In this document: positions 30,267 through 40,779 of the stretch, piece by piece
Numbering within the stretch: position 1 is the stretch's first letter
Layout of the letters: each line of letters begins with the position of its first letter
The notes under the pieces: model-generated
What the model saw: only the letters and a program-made list of their open reading frames with translations
Told to the model about the DNA's origin: nothing
Database searches by the model: none
Source: an uncultured virus (IMG/VR IMGVR_UViG_3300033066_002227)
Taxonomy: Duplodnaviria > Heunggongvirae > Uroviricota > Caudoviricetes
Length of the DNA: 64,000 nt
Direction: 5' to 3' (one strand)
IMG/VR virus record: IMGVR_UViG_3300033066_002227
Translations under genes and position numbers: made by a program

Positions 30267-30683
30267 ATGGAAACAGAAAATAAAGTAACAGAACAAGAAG
30301 AGCTAACCGAAGATACCGAGCAAGTAAAAAGAATTGTTAAAGTTTGGGATGCAGACTATGAACCAGTAGTTTGCATGCCTCTTGAAGTAAAGGTTAATGA
30401 TGATTTTCATAGAGCATTAAAGAATTTTAAATTTATGGTTCAAAAAGACAGAGTTCTTTCAAACTATAAAAAAAGAATGTCATATGAAAAACCATCAGAC
30501 TATAATCGCAGAAAAAAAGCTGAAGGTATTAAAAAAGTAAAAGATACAGAATTACGTAACAAAAAGATTGCTAGTGGCGAATTTGAAAGAGAATTAGCTA
30601 AGAAAAAACAAAAGAAAGAGAAAGATAAGCTCTTAAAAGAGAAGAAAGCGCAAGAAACACAATCAGTTTTAACTGATAAATAA
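30267..30683 (+). CDS. rpsU: ribosomal protein bS21 homolog with N- and C-terminal extensions
   Basis: EVKV..DFHRALKNFK..V....VL..YKKR..YEKPS...RRKK. Confidence 0.8.
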   Translation: METENKVTEQEELTEDTEQVKRIVKVWDADYEPVVCMPLEVKVNDDFHRALKNFKFMVQKDRVLSNYKKRMSYEKPSDYNRRKKAEGIKKVKDTELRNKKIASGEFERELAKKKQKKEKDKLLKEKKAQETQSVLTDK

Positions 30684-30699
30684 CCGTTATATATAATAT

Positions 30700-31350
30700 A
30701 TGTCTGATGAAGAAAATAAAGAAAGAAATATGAGCGAGGTTATCCTTTCAATTGAGGATAATGTAAAACAAGTTTTAGCAGTATTTAAAACCATTGCTTT
30801 AACTAATACTATTATTTTAGATAAGTTAAATAAATTATCTTTACCACCTTCATCAGACATTATTATAGAGAAGCCAATCCCCACTCCCATAAATAAAATT
30901 ATGGGCAATAATTTTTCTGGAGAAGCAATAATTCCAGAGCTACCAGTTAAAAAACCAAAAATAGAGTCAAAGCAAGAAGTTTTTCAAGAAGTAAAACAAG
31001 AACATACCCAAGAATTAAAAATTGAAAAACATTCTTTTTCTAAAGAAGAAAATAAATCAAAAAGAAAAATTCCAGTTACACAATTGGTTTTGTCTAAAGA
31101 AAACAAAAAAATATTCATGGCAGTATTTGAAATCTTTGACTCAAATGGTTCTATTATAGATAAGGGTAAAACAAATGCTGAGGGCAAATGGCAAAAGTTA
31201 TTACCACCAGGTATGTATAAGTTTAAAATTTCTAAAAACATAATTAATAAAGAAACTAAAGCAACTAACCTAGTTTCCAAAGAATTTGATTTTGCAGTTG
31301 AAACAGATAAAGAAGTTGTGAATCTACCTAATTTAATTATTGATAAATGA
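30700..31350 (+). CDS. hypothetical protein with C-terminal beta-sandwich (prealbumin-like) domain
   Basis: GKTNAEGKW...LPPG.Y. Confidence 0.55.
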   Translation: MSDEENKERNMSEVILSIEDNVKQVLAVFKTIALTNTIILDKLNKLSLPPSSDIIIEKPIPTPINKIMGNNFSGEAIIPELPVKKPKIESKQEVFQEVKQEHTQELKIEKHSFSKEENKSKRKIPVTQLVLSKENKKIFMAVFEIFDSNGSIIDKGKTNAEGKWQKLLPPGMYKFKISKNIINKETKATNLVSKEFDFAVETDKEVVNLPNLIIDK

Positions 31351-31640
31351 AATGTTTTCTAGCTCTTCCTCCTAGCGATCCTTTATTTAAAAAATCAGAT
31401 TACAGAACTATTAGTAATTATCATCGTGATATAATTTATATATCTAGCGACACATTTTGTTTAGAAAATGGATATAAAATACTTGTTGAAATAATATCAT
31501 GTGATAAACGCTTTAAATCAATTGATGATTATTTAACAGAAAGATATTACGGGGCTGGATTAGTAGAATATAGACTTTTAGTTAAAATTAATAAAATATA
31601 TTCATATAATGAAATTAAGAAATTATTGATGCTACAATGA
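31347..31640 (+). CDS. hypothetical KK-tail protein
   Basis: Ends EIKKLLMLQ. Confidence 0.65.
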   Translation: MKCFLALPPSDPLFKKSDYRTISNYHRDIIYISSDTFCLENGYKILVEIISCDKRFKSIDDYLTERYYGAGLVEYRLLVKINKIYSYNEIKKLLMLQ

Positions 31641-32167
31641 TAAATAAACAAGTTTTAGTATTAAACCAAGATTATAGTTTCTTGAATTTCGTTGATGATT
31701 ATCAAGCTATAATTTTTATCCTTAAAGGAAAAGTAGATATTGTTTCTACTTGGGATAATGAAGTAATTTCTACATCTAGTCAATTGTTTGAAATACCTTC
31801 TATTATTAGATTTAAATATTTTATCAAAAGAAGATTTACAGGACTGCCATTTTCTAGAAAAATGGTTTTTAGAAGAGATCAATATGTATGTCAATATTGT
31901 TCAACAGAGTTAGATTCACATACAGCTACAATTGATCATTTAATTCCACAAGCTTTAAATGGTCCCACAAATTATTTAAATTGTGTAACATCTTGTTTTC
32001 CATGTAATAATAAAAAAGGTAATAGTTTATTGCATGATACTGGTTTAAAATTACTTGATGCCCCTTATGTTCCATTTCATAAACACTTTTTTAAATATAA
32101 AGATTGGAACTCAAGTTGGGACGATTTCTTAAAAAATGTTCCAATTCTTAAGGAAACGCATAGGTGA
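31637..32167 (+). CDS. HNH endonuclease
   Basis: VLVLNQDY, RDQYVCQYC, TIDHLIP, NCVTSC..CN..KG. Confidence 0.9.
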   Translation: MINKQVLVLNQDYSFLNFVDDYQAIIFILKGKVDIVSTWDNEVISTSSQLFEIPSIIRFKYFIKRRFTGLPFSRKMVFRRDQYVCQYCSTELDSHTATIDHLIPQALNGPTNYLNCVTSCFPCNNKKGNSLLHDTGLKLLDAPYVPFHKHFFKYKDWNSSWDDFLKNVPILKETHR

Positions 32168-32187
32168 TTTGATGTTATATATCCATC

Positions 32188-32385
32188 ATGGAGATTTTAT
32201 CAGAAAACTGCTTTGTTTGTGGGGAAGAATTTCCCACAGATGAATTGCACCAAGTAGCCATCTCCGCTTTTACTATTACAAAATACAAAATTTGTCCTAA
32301 ATGTATTAAAAAAAGCGATCCAAAAAACGATTATGCTGAGGTAAAAGATATTATTGAATCCTTCAATAATAAGGACTTAGAGTAA
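32188..32385 (+). CDS. small C4 zinc-finger protein
   Basis: CFVC...CPKC. Confidence 0.55.
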   Translation: MEILSENCFVCGEEFPTDELHQVAISAFTITKYKICPKCIKKSDPKNDYAEVKDIIESFNNKDLE

Positions 32386-32600
32386 TGTTATGTGTTAATT
32401 GTTCTAAATTAATGCTTATTTTTGGTAATAAAAAATGCCTTAAATGCCAAGGCGTAGTTAATATAACTATTGCTTCTTTGTGCAATAAGTGTTCTGAAAG
32501 TAATAAATCTTGCCAAATTTGTCTTAAAAAGACAGATAATAAAAACCCATTAAATATTACCCACAAAGCTGGGTGCAATTCTTGTAGTAAATCAAAATGA
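32385..32600 (+). CDS. small Cys-rich zinc-binding protein
   Basis: Five CxxC pairs in 71 aa. Confidence 0.55.
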   Translation: MLCVNCSKLMLIFGNKKCLKCQGVVNITIASLCNKCSESNKSCQICLKKTDNKNPLNITHKAGCNSCSKSK

Positions 32601-33127
32601 TCATTCAAAATAACGAAAACGCTTTAAGGGTAAAATGTGAAGATGTTTTGCCAGAAGAAATAAATGACTTAATTCTTAAATTAGAACAAGAATTAGATAG
32701 ATCATTTAAGCTTGGAGAACCTGGAATTGGTTTGGCTGCTCCACAAATAGGAATTAATAAGCGAGCTGCCATAATTAGATGTGGCGAATATAAATTAGAT
32801 TTAATTAATCCTACTATTATTGAAACTTATGATAAAGGTATGTTTAAGGGTGAAGGATGTTTATCATTCCCGGGTAGGGAAGAAAACACTTTTCGCTACC
32901 AAGAAATTGTTTTAAACAATAATAATGGCGAGCCAAGACAATATATATGTACAGGACTAGTTGCAGTATGTTGTCAGCATGAAATAGAGCATTTGGATGG
33001 TATATTATTTTTTGATAATGTAATTAAAAAGAAAAAACTAAAGCCAAATGATCCATGCAATTGTGGCAAGTTAGATAAGCTAACCAATTTGCCTAAAAAA
33101 TATAAAAAATGTTGCGGAGAAAAATGA
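32597..33127 (+). CDS. def: peptide deformylase with C-terminal SEC-C-like motif
   Basis: GIGLAAPQ, EGCLS, QHEIEHLDG; PNDPCNCG...KYKKCCG. Confidence 0.92.
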   Translation: MIIQNNENALRVKCEDVLPEEINDLILKLEQELDRSFKLGEPGIGLAAPQIGINKRAAIIRCGEYKLDLINPTIIETYDKGMFKGEGCLSFPGREENTFRYQEIVLNNNNGEPRQYICTGLVAVCCQHEIEHLDGILFFDNVIKKKKLKPNDPCNCGKLDKLTNLPKKYKKCCGEK

Positions 33128-33354
33128 GCGAAGAGAAAATCAAAGTTCTTGAAGAAAAAGTAGCAGAATTATCATTATTTAATGATAAAATAAAAGAAAG
33201 TTCTTTAAAAGCAATTGCACTTCTCTCTATGAGAATTTCTGTTTTAGAAACGGCCTTATTAGAAAAGAAGGCAATATCTGAGCAAGATTTTGAAAATGCT
33301 ACAGAAAAAGTTAAAAATCAATTTGAGCAAATTTTCAAAGAATTAAATGGATGA
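33124..33354 (+). CDS. hypothetical coiled protein
   Basis: Probable start MSEEK at ATGA overlap. Confidence 0.55.
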   Translation: MSEEKIKVLEEKVAELSLFNDKIKESSLKAIALLSMRISVLETALLEKKAISEQDFENATEKVKNQFEQIFKELNG

Positions 33355-33604
33355 AGGAAAGATAGTTCTATATTATTCCAATAGAATAAATTTTAAAGAT
33401 GAACTTTTAAATAAAGCCAAATCTCTTAATATAGAATGTATTAATGTAGAAAATAATAAACATTATATAAAAGTCTATAATATAGAATATTTACCAGTGT
33501 TTATATTTTTGGTTAATAATAAGAAAATAAAAGAATCTTTTTACTTAGATGAAGTATTATCATATAAAGATCGATATATAAATTATAAGGAAAAACATGG
33601 ATAA
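33347..33604 (+). CDS. thioredoxin-fold-like protein without CxxC
   Basis: INVE......YNIEYLPVFIFLVN.KKI. Confidence 0.45.
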   Translation: MDEGKIVLYYSNRINFKDELLNKAKSLNIECINVENNKHYIKVYNIEYLPVFIFLVNNKKIKESFYLDEVLSYKDRYINYKEKHG

Positions 33605-33833
33605 AACATTTGCACAAAAAACTTGGGAAATGCTTCAAGATCAACCAATGGAAATTTTTGGAATGAGAATGACAGTAAAAGACTATTTTGAATTTAAAAA
33701 TATTCCAAGTGATGATACTTTATATGTTTCATATAAAACAGGCGCAGCACTTCCTGCATTAGAATATGTTTTGGCCGCTAAAAACTTAAAAGCTGAAATG
33801 GGACAACTTTATTTGGAAATTAAAGCGGAGTAA
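33597..33833 (+). CDS. hypothetical protein
   Basis: 78 aa ORF, AAGGA RBS. Confidence 0.55.
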   Translation: MDKTFAQKTWEMLQDQPMEIFGMRMTVKDYFEFKNIPSDDTLYVSYKTGAALPALEYVLAAKNLKAEMGQLYLEIKAE

Positions 33834-33834
33834 T

Positions 33835-34323
33835 ATGCCTTTTGAAGATGATGAAGTAGATTTAGCTTCAATAGTTAAAAATAAATATCAAATAAGAAAA
33901 ACCAATGAAGGCTCTGTGGTTAATAAACCAAGCATGCAGCCTAAAAAACAAGAAGCTTTAGAAAAAGAGGCAAATGAATTTGCTGAATTAAAAGCTTCTT
34001 TTAAAGAAGATGTTTTTATACTAAATCGTAAATTTGCTTCAATTGTTAATGATAAAACATTACCAAGAAATAAATCATCCAAAGATATTGATCAAGAAAG
34101 AGAATTACTTTCACAATTAGCAAGCCTATCTGTTGAAATGGATAATGCAGAAGTTGAAGGAAAAACTGCTGGAGCAGTTGGATTAGCTTCTGCTGCATTA
34201 GGATATATATTGCTTCAACGTAATAAAATAAATGAATTAAATTATAAAGTTGAGTCATTAAATGCAGCGTTAAATGCATTATTAGAAGCTTTTGAAGATA
34301 TTAAAAATGATAGAAAAAAATAA
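33835..34323 (+). CDS. hypothetical protein
   Basis: 162 aa ORF. Confidence 0.55.
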   Translation: MPFEDDEVDLASIVKNKYQIRKTNEGSVVNKPSMQPKKQEALEKEANEFAELKASFKEDVFILNRKFASIVNDKTLPRNKSSKDIDQERELLSQLASLSVEMDNAEVEGKTAGAVGLASAALGYILLQRNKINELNYKVESLNAALNALLEAFEDIKNDRKK

Positions 34324-34440
34324 CATTCTTCAATTAATAACTGAAGAAAAAGATATTTATTCTAAATATTTATCTATTTGTAAAATTTATAATGTTCAAC
34401 CTGACATTATTATTACTGCTAAACATGAAGCTATTTTAGA

Positions 34441-34980
34441 ATGTCTAAACAAAATATTGAACAATCTTGGAAAGAAATAAAACATTCGCCATTAGAGCTG
34501 GCTAATTCTGTAGATATATTATTGATATTTGATCAATATGGAATTGCAACTCAAGAGCATAAAATAATCTGTCCATTTTTATCCCATTCAAATGGAATGG
34601 AAAAAACTCCTTCATTTTATATTTATGAAGAAACAAATAGCTTTTATTGTTTTGGTTGTAAAAAAGGTGGTGGTGTTGTAAAATTTGTTTCATATTATGA
34701 AAATTTATCTATTGAAGATTCAATAACGAAAGTATTATCTTCTTTTTCTTCATCTTATAATACAGATAAGATTCTACCTCAAAAAGAATATTTAGATAAT
34801 TATTATTATCAATTCTCTAATTTAATTAGGGAAAATATAAAAACGAATAATCTTTCTTTAGAAGAAGCAGAAAAGCTTACATATGTATTTGATACTTTAA
34901 ATAGCAAATATAATTTAAATGCCAACGCTATTGGCGAAATTATTAACAAGCTTAAATATAAGATTAATTTTTTAAAATAA
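34441..34980 (+). CDS. stand-alone DnaG-type CHC2 zinc-finger domain protein
   Basis: CPF..H....EKTPSF.......FYCFGC..GG.VV.FV. Confidence 0.85.
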   Translation: MSKQNIEQSWKEIKHSPLELANSVDILLIFDQYGIATQEHKIICPFLSHSNGMEKTPSFYIYEETNSFYCFGCKKGGGVVKFVSYYENLSIEDSITKVLSSFSSSYNTDKILPQKEYLDNYYYQFSNLIRENIKTNNLSLEEAEKLTYVFDTLNSKYNLNANAIGEIINKLKYKINFLK

Positions 34981-34992
34981 TGGAATTATAAA

Positions 34993-36174
34993 TTGGCTAA
35001 AACATTAATACTTGGAGATTTACATTTAGGTAAAAATCTAAATTTTGGTAAAAACTTAATTGGTGGAACTACTTATAATAGTAGGCTTGGAGATCAATTA
35101 AATATCTTAGATTGGGTATTACAATTATGTAGCACCGAACAAATCTATCATGTAATTATTACTGGTGATATTTTTGAAGAGCCTAAACCAAATTTTCAAA
35201 TTATAAAAGAGTTTCTAAAGTGGATTAATAAATGTGGGGATTTGGCTATAAATGTTCACGTTATTTATGGAAACCATGATATTTTAAGAAATGGCCAGTT
35301 TATTACTTCTCCATTAGATATCTATGAAGAATCAGAAAAAGAGAATTTATTTCTATATAAAAATATAGAAACATTTCATTTAGATGAAATGAGTTTTACC
35401 TTAATTCCTTTTACCGACTATAAAACATTACAAGTTTCCAAAAACGAGGAAGCCAACAATATAATTAAACAAAAGCTTGTGTTTGAACTTGGCGAGACTC
35501 CACCTTTTTACACAAAGATTGTTATAGGGCATTTAGCACTAGAAGGATCTATGTGGGTTGGTGACGAGGTAGAAGGCATTTCCAATGAAATTTTTGTTAC
35601 TCCATCAACATTAAATGGATTTGATTTAATTTGGATGGGGCATGTTCATAAATTACAAGATTTTAAATGGCCAGGATTTAAGCATGTTGCCCATATAGGT
35701 AGCGCAGATATTTCAGATTTTGGTGAAGAAAAACATACTAAGAAAGTTGTTATTATAGATAATGGTAATTTTAAATATGTAGAGATTCCAAATAGAAAAT
35801 TTTTCTCTATTGCTAAAGATATTTTAGAATCAGATAAAGATCCTACCGGAATAATTAAAAAAGAAATAGAAGATAATAAAGAATCTATTAAAAATAGCAT
35901 AGTTAAAATAGAGATTAATAATAGTTCCCTTCAATCTCTTGATAAAAAAGAAATACAAGATTTAGTTTATAAATTAGGTGCTTTTCATTTATATAAAATT
36001 GTTGAGCATAAAAAAATCTCTTCCCCATTGTTGCAAAAGAAAACAACATTAGAATTTAAAACAGAAATCTCAGAAAATGAAGCGATAAATAAGTGGGCAG
36101 AGAAGTTTATTGATAAAGATAAGCGCGCAGATTTTATAGAATTGTGTGCTGATATAATGAAACAAGACAAATGA
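34993..36174 (+). CDS. sbcD: SbcD/Mre11-like nuclease
   Basis: GDLHLG, GDIFE, GNHD, GH, GHVH. Confidence 0.85.
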   Translation: MAKTLILGDLHLGKNLNFGKNLIGGTTYNSRLGDQLNILDWVLQLCSTEQIYHVIITGDIFEEPKPNFQIIKEFLKWINKCGDLAINVHVIYGNHDILRNGQFITSPLDIYEESEKENLFLYKNIETFHLDEMSFTLIPFTDYKTLQVSKNEEANNIIKQKLVFELGETPPFYTKIVIGHLALEGSMWVGDEVEGISNEIFVTPSTLNGFDLIWMGHVHKLQDFKWPGFKHVAHIGSADISDFGEEKHTKKVVIIDNGNFKYVEIPNRKFFSIAKDILESDKDPTGIIKKEIEDNKESIKNSIVKIEINNSSLQSLDKKEIQDLVYKLGAFHLYKIVEHKKISSPLLQKKTTLEFKTEISENEAINKWAEKFIDKDKRADFIELCADIMKQDK

Positions 36175-38282
36175 TTCCCTTAAAATTAATAATAAAAGAT
36201 TTTGGGCCATATGATGATGCTGAGATTAATTTTGAAGAATTTCAGTTAGCATTAATAATTGGCAAAATTAATAATAATGAATTTTCTTCAAATGGTTCCG
36301 GAAAATCAACAATATTTAATGCAATTAAATATGTTTTGTTTGGAGAGTCAGACTCAAATTTAAAAGAAATTATTAGACAAGGTGCTCAACAAGCATCAGT
36401 TTCTTTTATATGCTTAGATGATAATAATGAGAAATATAAAATTACCAGAAGTAGAGCCTTAAAAGGTAGTTCATCTTTAGTAATTCAAAAAGAAGAGTCT
36501 GATTTATCTTGGAAAGATCTATCCCAAAGAAGATCATCTCAAGACACAGAAAAAGAATTAGAGAAGTTATTAAAAATTAATTATAAAACATTTTACAATT
36601 CTCTTTTATTTTCTCAAAATGATTTTGTTAGCTTGGCAACTTTAACTGCTGAAAAAAGAAAAGGATTATTAAAATCAATTCTTGATTTACATCAATATCA
36701 AAAGTATGAATTATCTGCTAAAAAAATGCAAGCAGATTACAATAAGATTATTGACAAGAACAAAACTTTAATTGGGGTATTAAATAATCCAGAAGAAGAA
36801 ATTAAAAACTTATCAGATTCTTTAATTAAACTTTCTAATGATAAAGTTCTCTTAGATAAGAATTTTTCTTTAATTCAAAAAGAATTAGATAATTTAGTTT
36901 TATCATATAAAGAAAAAGAAAATCAAATTAATGAAGTTAAAAACCAAAAAGCTTTAATTCTATCTATAGAAAAAGATTTAAATGATTTAAAAAATAAAGA
37001 AAATAATTTAAAGTCAAAAATAGAAGCAATTAATGCAGAAAAACTTAATATTTCTAAAACTATTAACTCTATTAAATTAGAAATAAAAGAAAAAGAAAAT
37101 AGCTATAATAATATAACTGATAATTTTAATGATATTCAGAGCATTCAAGAAGAACTCAGCACCATAAAGGCTGAGGGGCTATCTTTAAATAAAGAAAAAG
37201 AATTATTAAAAGATGTTCCAGATAAAAGCTTGTGTGATTCTTGTTTACAAGAAATACCACACTCTCATAAAGAAAATATAAATGAGAAAAATAAACAAAA
37301 GCTTGAGTCTATAAATAAAACAGTTCTTTCTTTAAAAGAAAGATATACCAATTTAGATAAAAAACTAAATACATTAGTTAAAAACAAGTCTATTAAAGAA
37401 ACTTTAGAAAAAGAGATATTCTCTTTAAAAGAAAGAATTAAAACTGGAACTTCTCAGTTATCATCAAAAGATGATTATTTAAATTCTCTTAATTTAGAAA
37501 TTAAATCTATTAATGACACAATTGTTTTAAAAACAAAAGAAAAAAAGTCTATTAAAATAGATGAATCTGCTGATCAAAAAATAGAGATTTTAAATAAAAT
37601 AGCAGCTGACATTAATACAAAGAACATTTCAAAAAAAAATATAGAAAATAGTATTCTAGACTTAGAAAAAAGAAAATCTGTATTAGAGCACTCATTAGAT
37701 TCATCTAAAATAAATTTAGAAAAGCTTAATGTTTTAAAAGAAGAGCAAACTAAATTAAATTATAAAAACACTATTTGTTTAGACGTTATTAATGCCTTTT
37801 CTTCTAAAGGTATTCCAGCTTTAATTATTCAATCTATTCTTGAAGATTTACAACAAAGGGTTAATAATTATTTGGATACGTTCAAACCTGGACTTCAAAT
37901 GCTTTTCTCTTTGATTAAAGAAAACACAGCTGGAGACCAAGAAGATACTTTAGAAATTAAATATCTTTTAAATGGTGCAGAAAGAGAATATACTCAGTTA
38001 TCTGGTGCTCAAAAATGGCTAATAACTATGGCATTTAAACTTTCTATAGCAGAAATTAATTATAATAGAGCAAATTGTTATTTTCCATTATTATTACTTG
38101 ATGAAGTAGATCAATCTTTGGATAAGTCATCTATAGATGTATTTACAGATGTTGTTAGAGAGTTGCAAAAGAAATTTAAGATATTGATCATTACTCACAA
38201 TGATTATCTAAAAGCCAAATTTAATAATATAATTCAAGTTGAACAAGATCAATTTGGGGTATCTAAAATAAATCAATTATGA
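36171..38282 (+). CDS. sbcC: SbcC/Rad50-like ATPase
   Basis: NGSGKST, CDSC zinc hook, LSGAQ, LLLDE, ITH. Confidence 0.88.
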   Translation: MIPLKLIIKDFGPYDDAEINFEEFQLALIIGKINNNEFSSNGSGKSTIFNAIKYVLFGESDSNLKEIIRQGAQQASVSFICLDDNNEKYKITRSRALKGSSSLVIQKEESDLSWKDLSQRRSSQDTEKELEKLLKINYKTFYNSLLFSQNDFVSLATLTAEKRKGLLKSILDLHQYQKYELSAKKMQADYNKIIDKNKTLIGVLNNPEEEIKNLSDSLIKLSNDKVLLDKNFSLIQKELDNLVLSYKEKENQINEVKNQKALILSIEKDLNDLKNKENNLKSKIEAINAEKLNISKTINSIKLEIKEKENSYNNITDNFNDIQSIQEELSTIKAEGLSLNKEKELLKDVPDKSLCDSCLQEIPHSHKENINEKNKQKLESINKTVLSLKERYTNLDKKLNTLVKNKSIKETLEKEIFSLKERIKTGTSQLSSKDDYLNSLNLEIKSINDTIVLKTKEKKSIKIDESADQKIEILNKIAADINTKNISKKNIENSILDLEKRKSVLEHSLDSSKINLEKLNVLKEEQTKLNYKNTICLDVINAFSSKGIPALIIQSILEDLQQRVNNYLDTFKPGLQMLFSLIKENTAGDQEDTLEIKYLLNGAEREYTQLSGAQKWLITMAFKLSIAEINYNRANCYFPLLLLDEVDQSLDKSSIDVFTDVVRELQKKFKILIITHNDYLKAKFNNIIQVEQDQFGVSKINQL

Positions 38283-38497
38283 AAATTTATAAATGGTTTG
38301 CAGAATATATAGATGATTTTAATGCTAAAAATTATAATGTTAAAGATCGTTTTGCAATAGTAAATTATCATTGTGATAATAAAATTAATATATATAAAAA
38401 TTATATATTAATTTTAAAAGATTTTCCTATTAAATATGAAGATATTAAAAATCTTACAGAAGATAAAGTTAAAAAACTTTTAATGTTAAAAGAGTAA
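38279..38497 (+). CDS. hypothetical KK-tail protein
   Basis: Ends KVKKLLMLKE. Confidence 0.6.
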   Translation: MKIYKWFAEYIDDFNAKNYNVKDRFAIVNYHCDNKINIYKNYILILKDFPIKYEDIKNLTEDKVKKLLMLKE

Positions 38498-38499
38498 TT

Positions 38500-38760
38500 A
38501 TGAAATTTAAACGTTTTAATCTGCTTGCAGATTATATGAAAGATGATAGTTATCAAACTGATGAAATTGTTACAATATATTGGAGATATTCTGAATCTTT
38601 TTCTATTTGTAAAAATACTAAAGAATTATATTCATTTAGTTATACTCATGATATTGTTAATACTGATAAAGAATACAATTCATTATGTTTAAAATATAAA
38701 TTACCATTATCAGATGATTTAGTATATAAATTTTTATTATTAAAGGATAATAATGCTTAA
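38500..38760 (+). CDS. hypothetical KK-tail-like protein
   Basis: Ends LVYKFLLLKDNNA. Confidence 0.55.
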   Translation: MKFKRFNLLADYMKDDSYQTDEIVTIYWRYSESFSICKNTKELYSFSYTHDIVNTDKEYNSLCLKYKLPLSDDLVYKFLLLKDNNA

Positions 38761-39316
38761 AATAGCAATAAATGGAAAAGCACGTTCAGGAAAAGATACA
38801 TTTGCTAAAATTTTAAAGTCTAAATTATTAGAAAAAGAGAAAATTTGTATCGTAGACATATTTGCATTTGCTGATCCATTAAAAAAAGCTGCTAAAGTAA
38901 TGTTTCCATTAATTCCTGATGATTGGCTTTATGGCAAATCTGAGTTACGTGAAAATATTGTTCCAGGTACAGATTTTTCTGTTAGAGATTTATTAATAGA
39001 TATTTCTAATTTAGGAAAAAAATACAATCCAAATATTTGGATTGATAATATGGATCAAAGAATTAAAAAAACATGTCATGATGCCATAATAATTTCAGAT
39101 CAAAGATTCATAGCAGAGTTCAGTTATTTATTACAAAATAAATTCTTAACAATAAGAATTAAAAGAGATGATTGCAAAATTTCCTCTGATGTATCGGAAA
39201 CAGAGCAGGATGGAATCCTTGATATGAACTATGACTATATTATTGACAACAATAAAGATTTGTTTTCACTAGAAAAACAAGCTAGTGAAATTATAGCATT
39301 ATTATATAGCAAATAG
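38753..39316 (+). CDS. deoxynucleoside monophosphate kinase
   Basis: GKARSGKDT, FADPLK, R..L, ISDQRF..E, SE, I.NN. Confidence 0.85.
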   Translation: MLKIAINGKARSGKDTFAKILKSKLLEKEKICIVDIFAFADPLKKAAKVMFPLIPDDWLYGKSELRENIVPGTDFSVRDLLIDISNLGKKYNPNIWIDNMDQRIKKTCHDAIIISDQRFIAEFSYLLQNKFLTIRIKRDDCKISSDVSETEQDGILDMNYDYIIDNNKDLFSLEKQASEIIALLYSK

Positions 39317-39325
39317 TAAATTATT

Positions 39326-39625
39326 ATGGAAACTGCCCTTCAAAAAACATACCTCGAATCATATAAGTCAAATGGTTCTGATAAGTTTTATTCTAAAATA
39401 CTTTACTTTGGAATGACAGAGATTTCTGTACAGAAAAACTATTTTGTTGCAGATGTATTATTAACCTTATCTAAAGCATTTTTAGCTAGTTATCGAAGAG
39501 AAAATGATGAAGATTTATTGGAAATATCTAAAATAATTAGAAAAGCGGCTCATAAATTATACAGAGTTTTACTTAAAATGGAATTAACTAGCATTAATGC
39601 AAAGTTCCTTAATAAAGTAAAATAA
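39326..39625 (+). CDS. hypothetical protein
   Basis: 99 aa ORF. Confidence 0.55.
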   Translation: METALQKTYLESYKSNGSDKFYSKILYFGMTEISVQKNYFVADVLLTLSKAFLASYRRENDEDLLEISKIIRKAAHKLYRVLLKMELTSINAKFLNKVK

Positions 39626-40626
39626 TGGCTGTAATATCAATTTCAATAACAGAATCTACTGAAGAGGTAGTAAATAATATTCCTAGATATATAACAATTT
39701 CTGTTAATATATCTTCTGTAATTTTTTATACATTTAATGGTGAAGAGCCAACCGTTTCTTCATCAGTATATGTAGATGGATCTAAACTTGGCTTGCCAAC
39801 AGATAAACCATCTTTTACACTTAAAATTTTAGCTACAAATGGTTCTGATACAGGAACTTTTGATAAAGAGTATGCAAGCGTAATTGATCAAGATAATTTA
39901 AGAAAATCTCACAGCGCTGTTTCTGCTCCAGGTAATAATGGTAATTCGTTAATTCCATTTGGGTCTAACTATCCTGAAATTAATAAATATCATTGGAATG
40001 GTGAAAATAATGTTGGCGAAACTTTAAATAAACCAGGGGTTGCGGAGCAAGATTTAGGTGGCTATGATGGTCATGGTGGTAGAGTAGGTGGTACAGATTT
40101 ACCATATACACTAGAAAATTATAATATTATATATTCTACTACTAATAATATTGGCGAGCCACTTCCAACTGCTGGAACATTGCCAGCAAAAACTACTGTT
40201 ATTGGGAAAGAATATCCAGTTGAATATACGCCAGAATACTCATCTACAGCAGATAAAATTTTTCATCCTAGAGCTTTAGTTATCTATCATGATGTAGATG
40301 CAGAAAGTTTAAATGATCCGCCAATCATTCAAAGAGCATATTTTTCATTACAAGATTCTGAAATTTATAATAATGGTAATAACAAATTTGTAACTGGTCC
40401 AGATACAATGACATTTACTGGAACTTATGTTAAATCATTTTATAATGAACGCACGCAAAAAATGACTTATTACTATTATGATAATTCAGTTGGTCGTTGG
40501 ATAATATCAGAATTTACTTATGTTCAAACTGAGCCAACAATTAAACCATATTTAGGAATGGCATTTGGTAGGGGTGGTGCAGCAGTTAAGCCTTGGAGAT
40601 TATTTCAGGGGACTTATTTATACTAA
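39625..40626 (+). CDS. Fn3-associated-domain protein, possibly virion-associated
   Basis: IFYTFNGEEPT..S.VY motif; S/T/G/N-rich. Confidence 0.55.
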   Translation: MAVISISITESTEEVVNNIPRYITISVNISSVIFYTFNGEEPTVSSSVYVDGSKLGLPTDKPSFTLKILATNGSDTGTFDKEYASVIDQDNLRKSHSAVSAPGNNGNSLIPFGSNYPEINKYHWNGENNVGETLNKPGVAEQDLGGYDGHGGRVGGTDLPYTLENYNIIYSTTNNIGEPLPTAGTLPAKTTVIGKEYPVEYTPEYSSTADKIFHPRALVIYHDVDAESLNDPPIIQRAYFSLQDSEIYNNGNNKFVTGPDTMTFTGTYVKSFYNERTQKMTYYYYDNSVGRWIISEFTYVQTEPTIKPYLGMAFGRGGAAVKPWRLFQGTYLY

Positions 40627-40779
40627 TCTATAGTTATATATACTTTGTCTGGTTTTGGAATACAATCGGACGTTAAACAAAAACTTGAGGAGGCGCTAAC
40701 AAATAGTTAGGTCAATGAGACAAGAAGTTTTTAGACTGCTAAAAACATTTCACACTAATATCCTTGTTATAGAGACTTC

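Noticed and set aside
40627..40779. Possible small ORF or RNA (LSGFGIQSDVKQKLEEALTNS*)
   Set aside because: Only about 21 codons with a TTG start and no supporting features.
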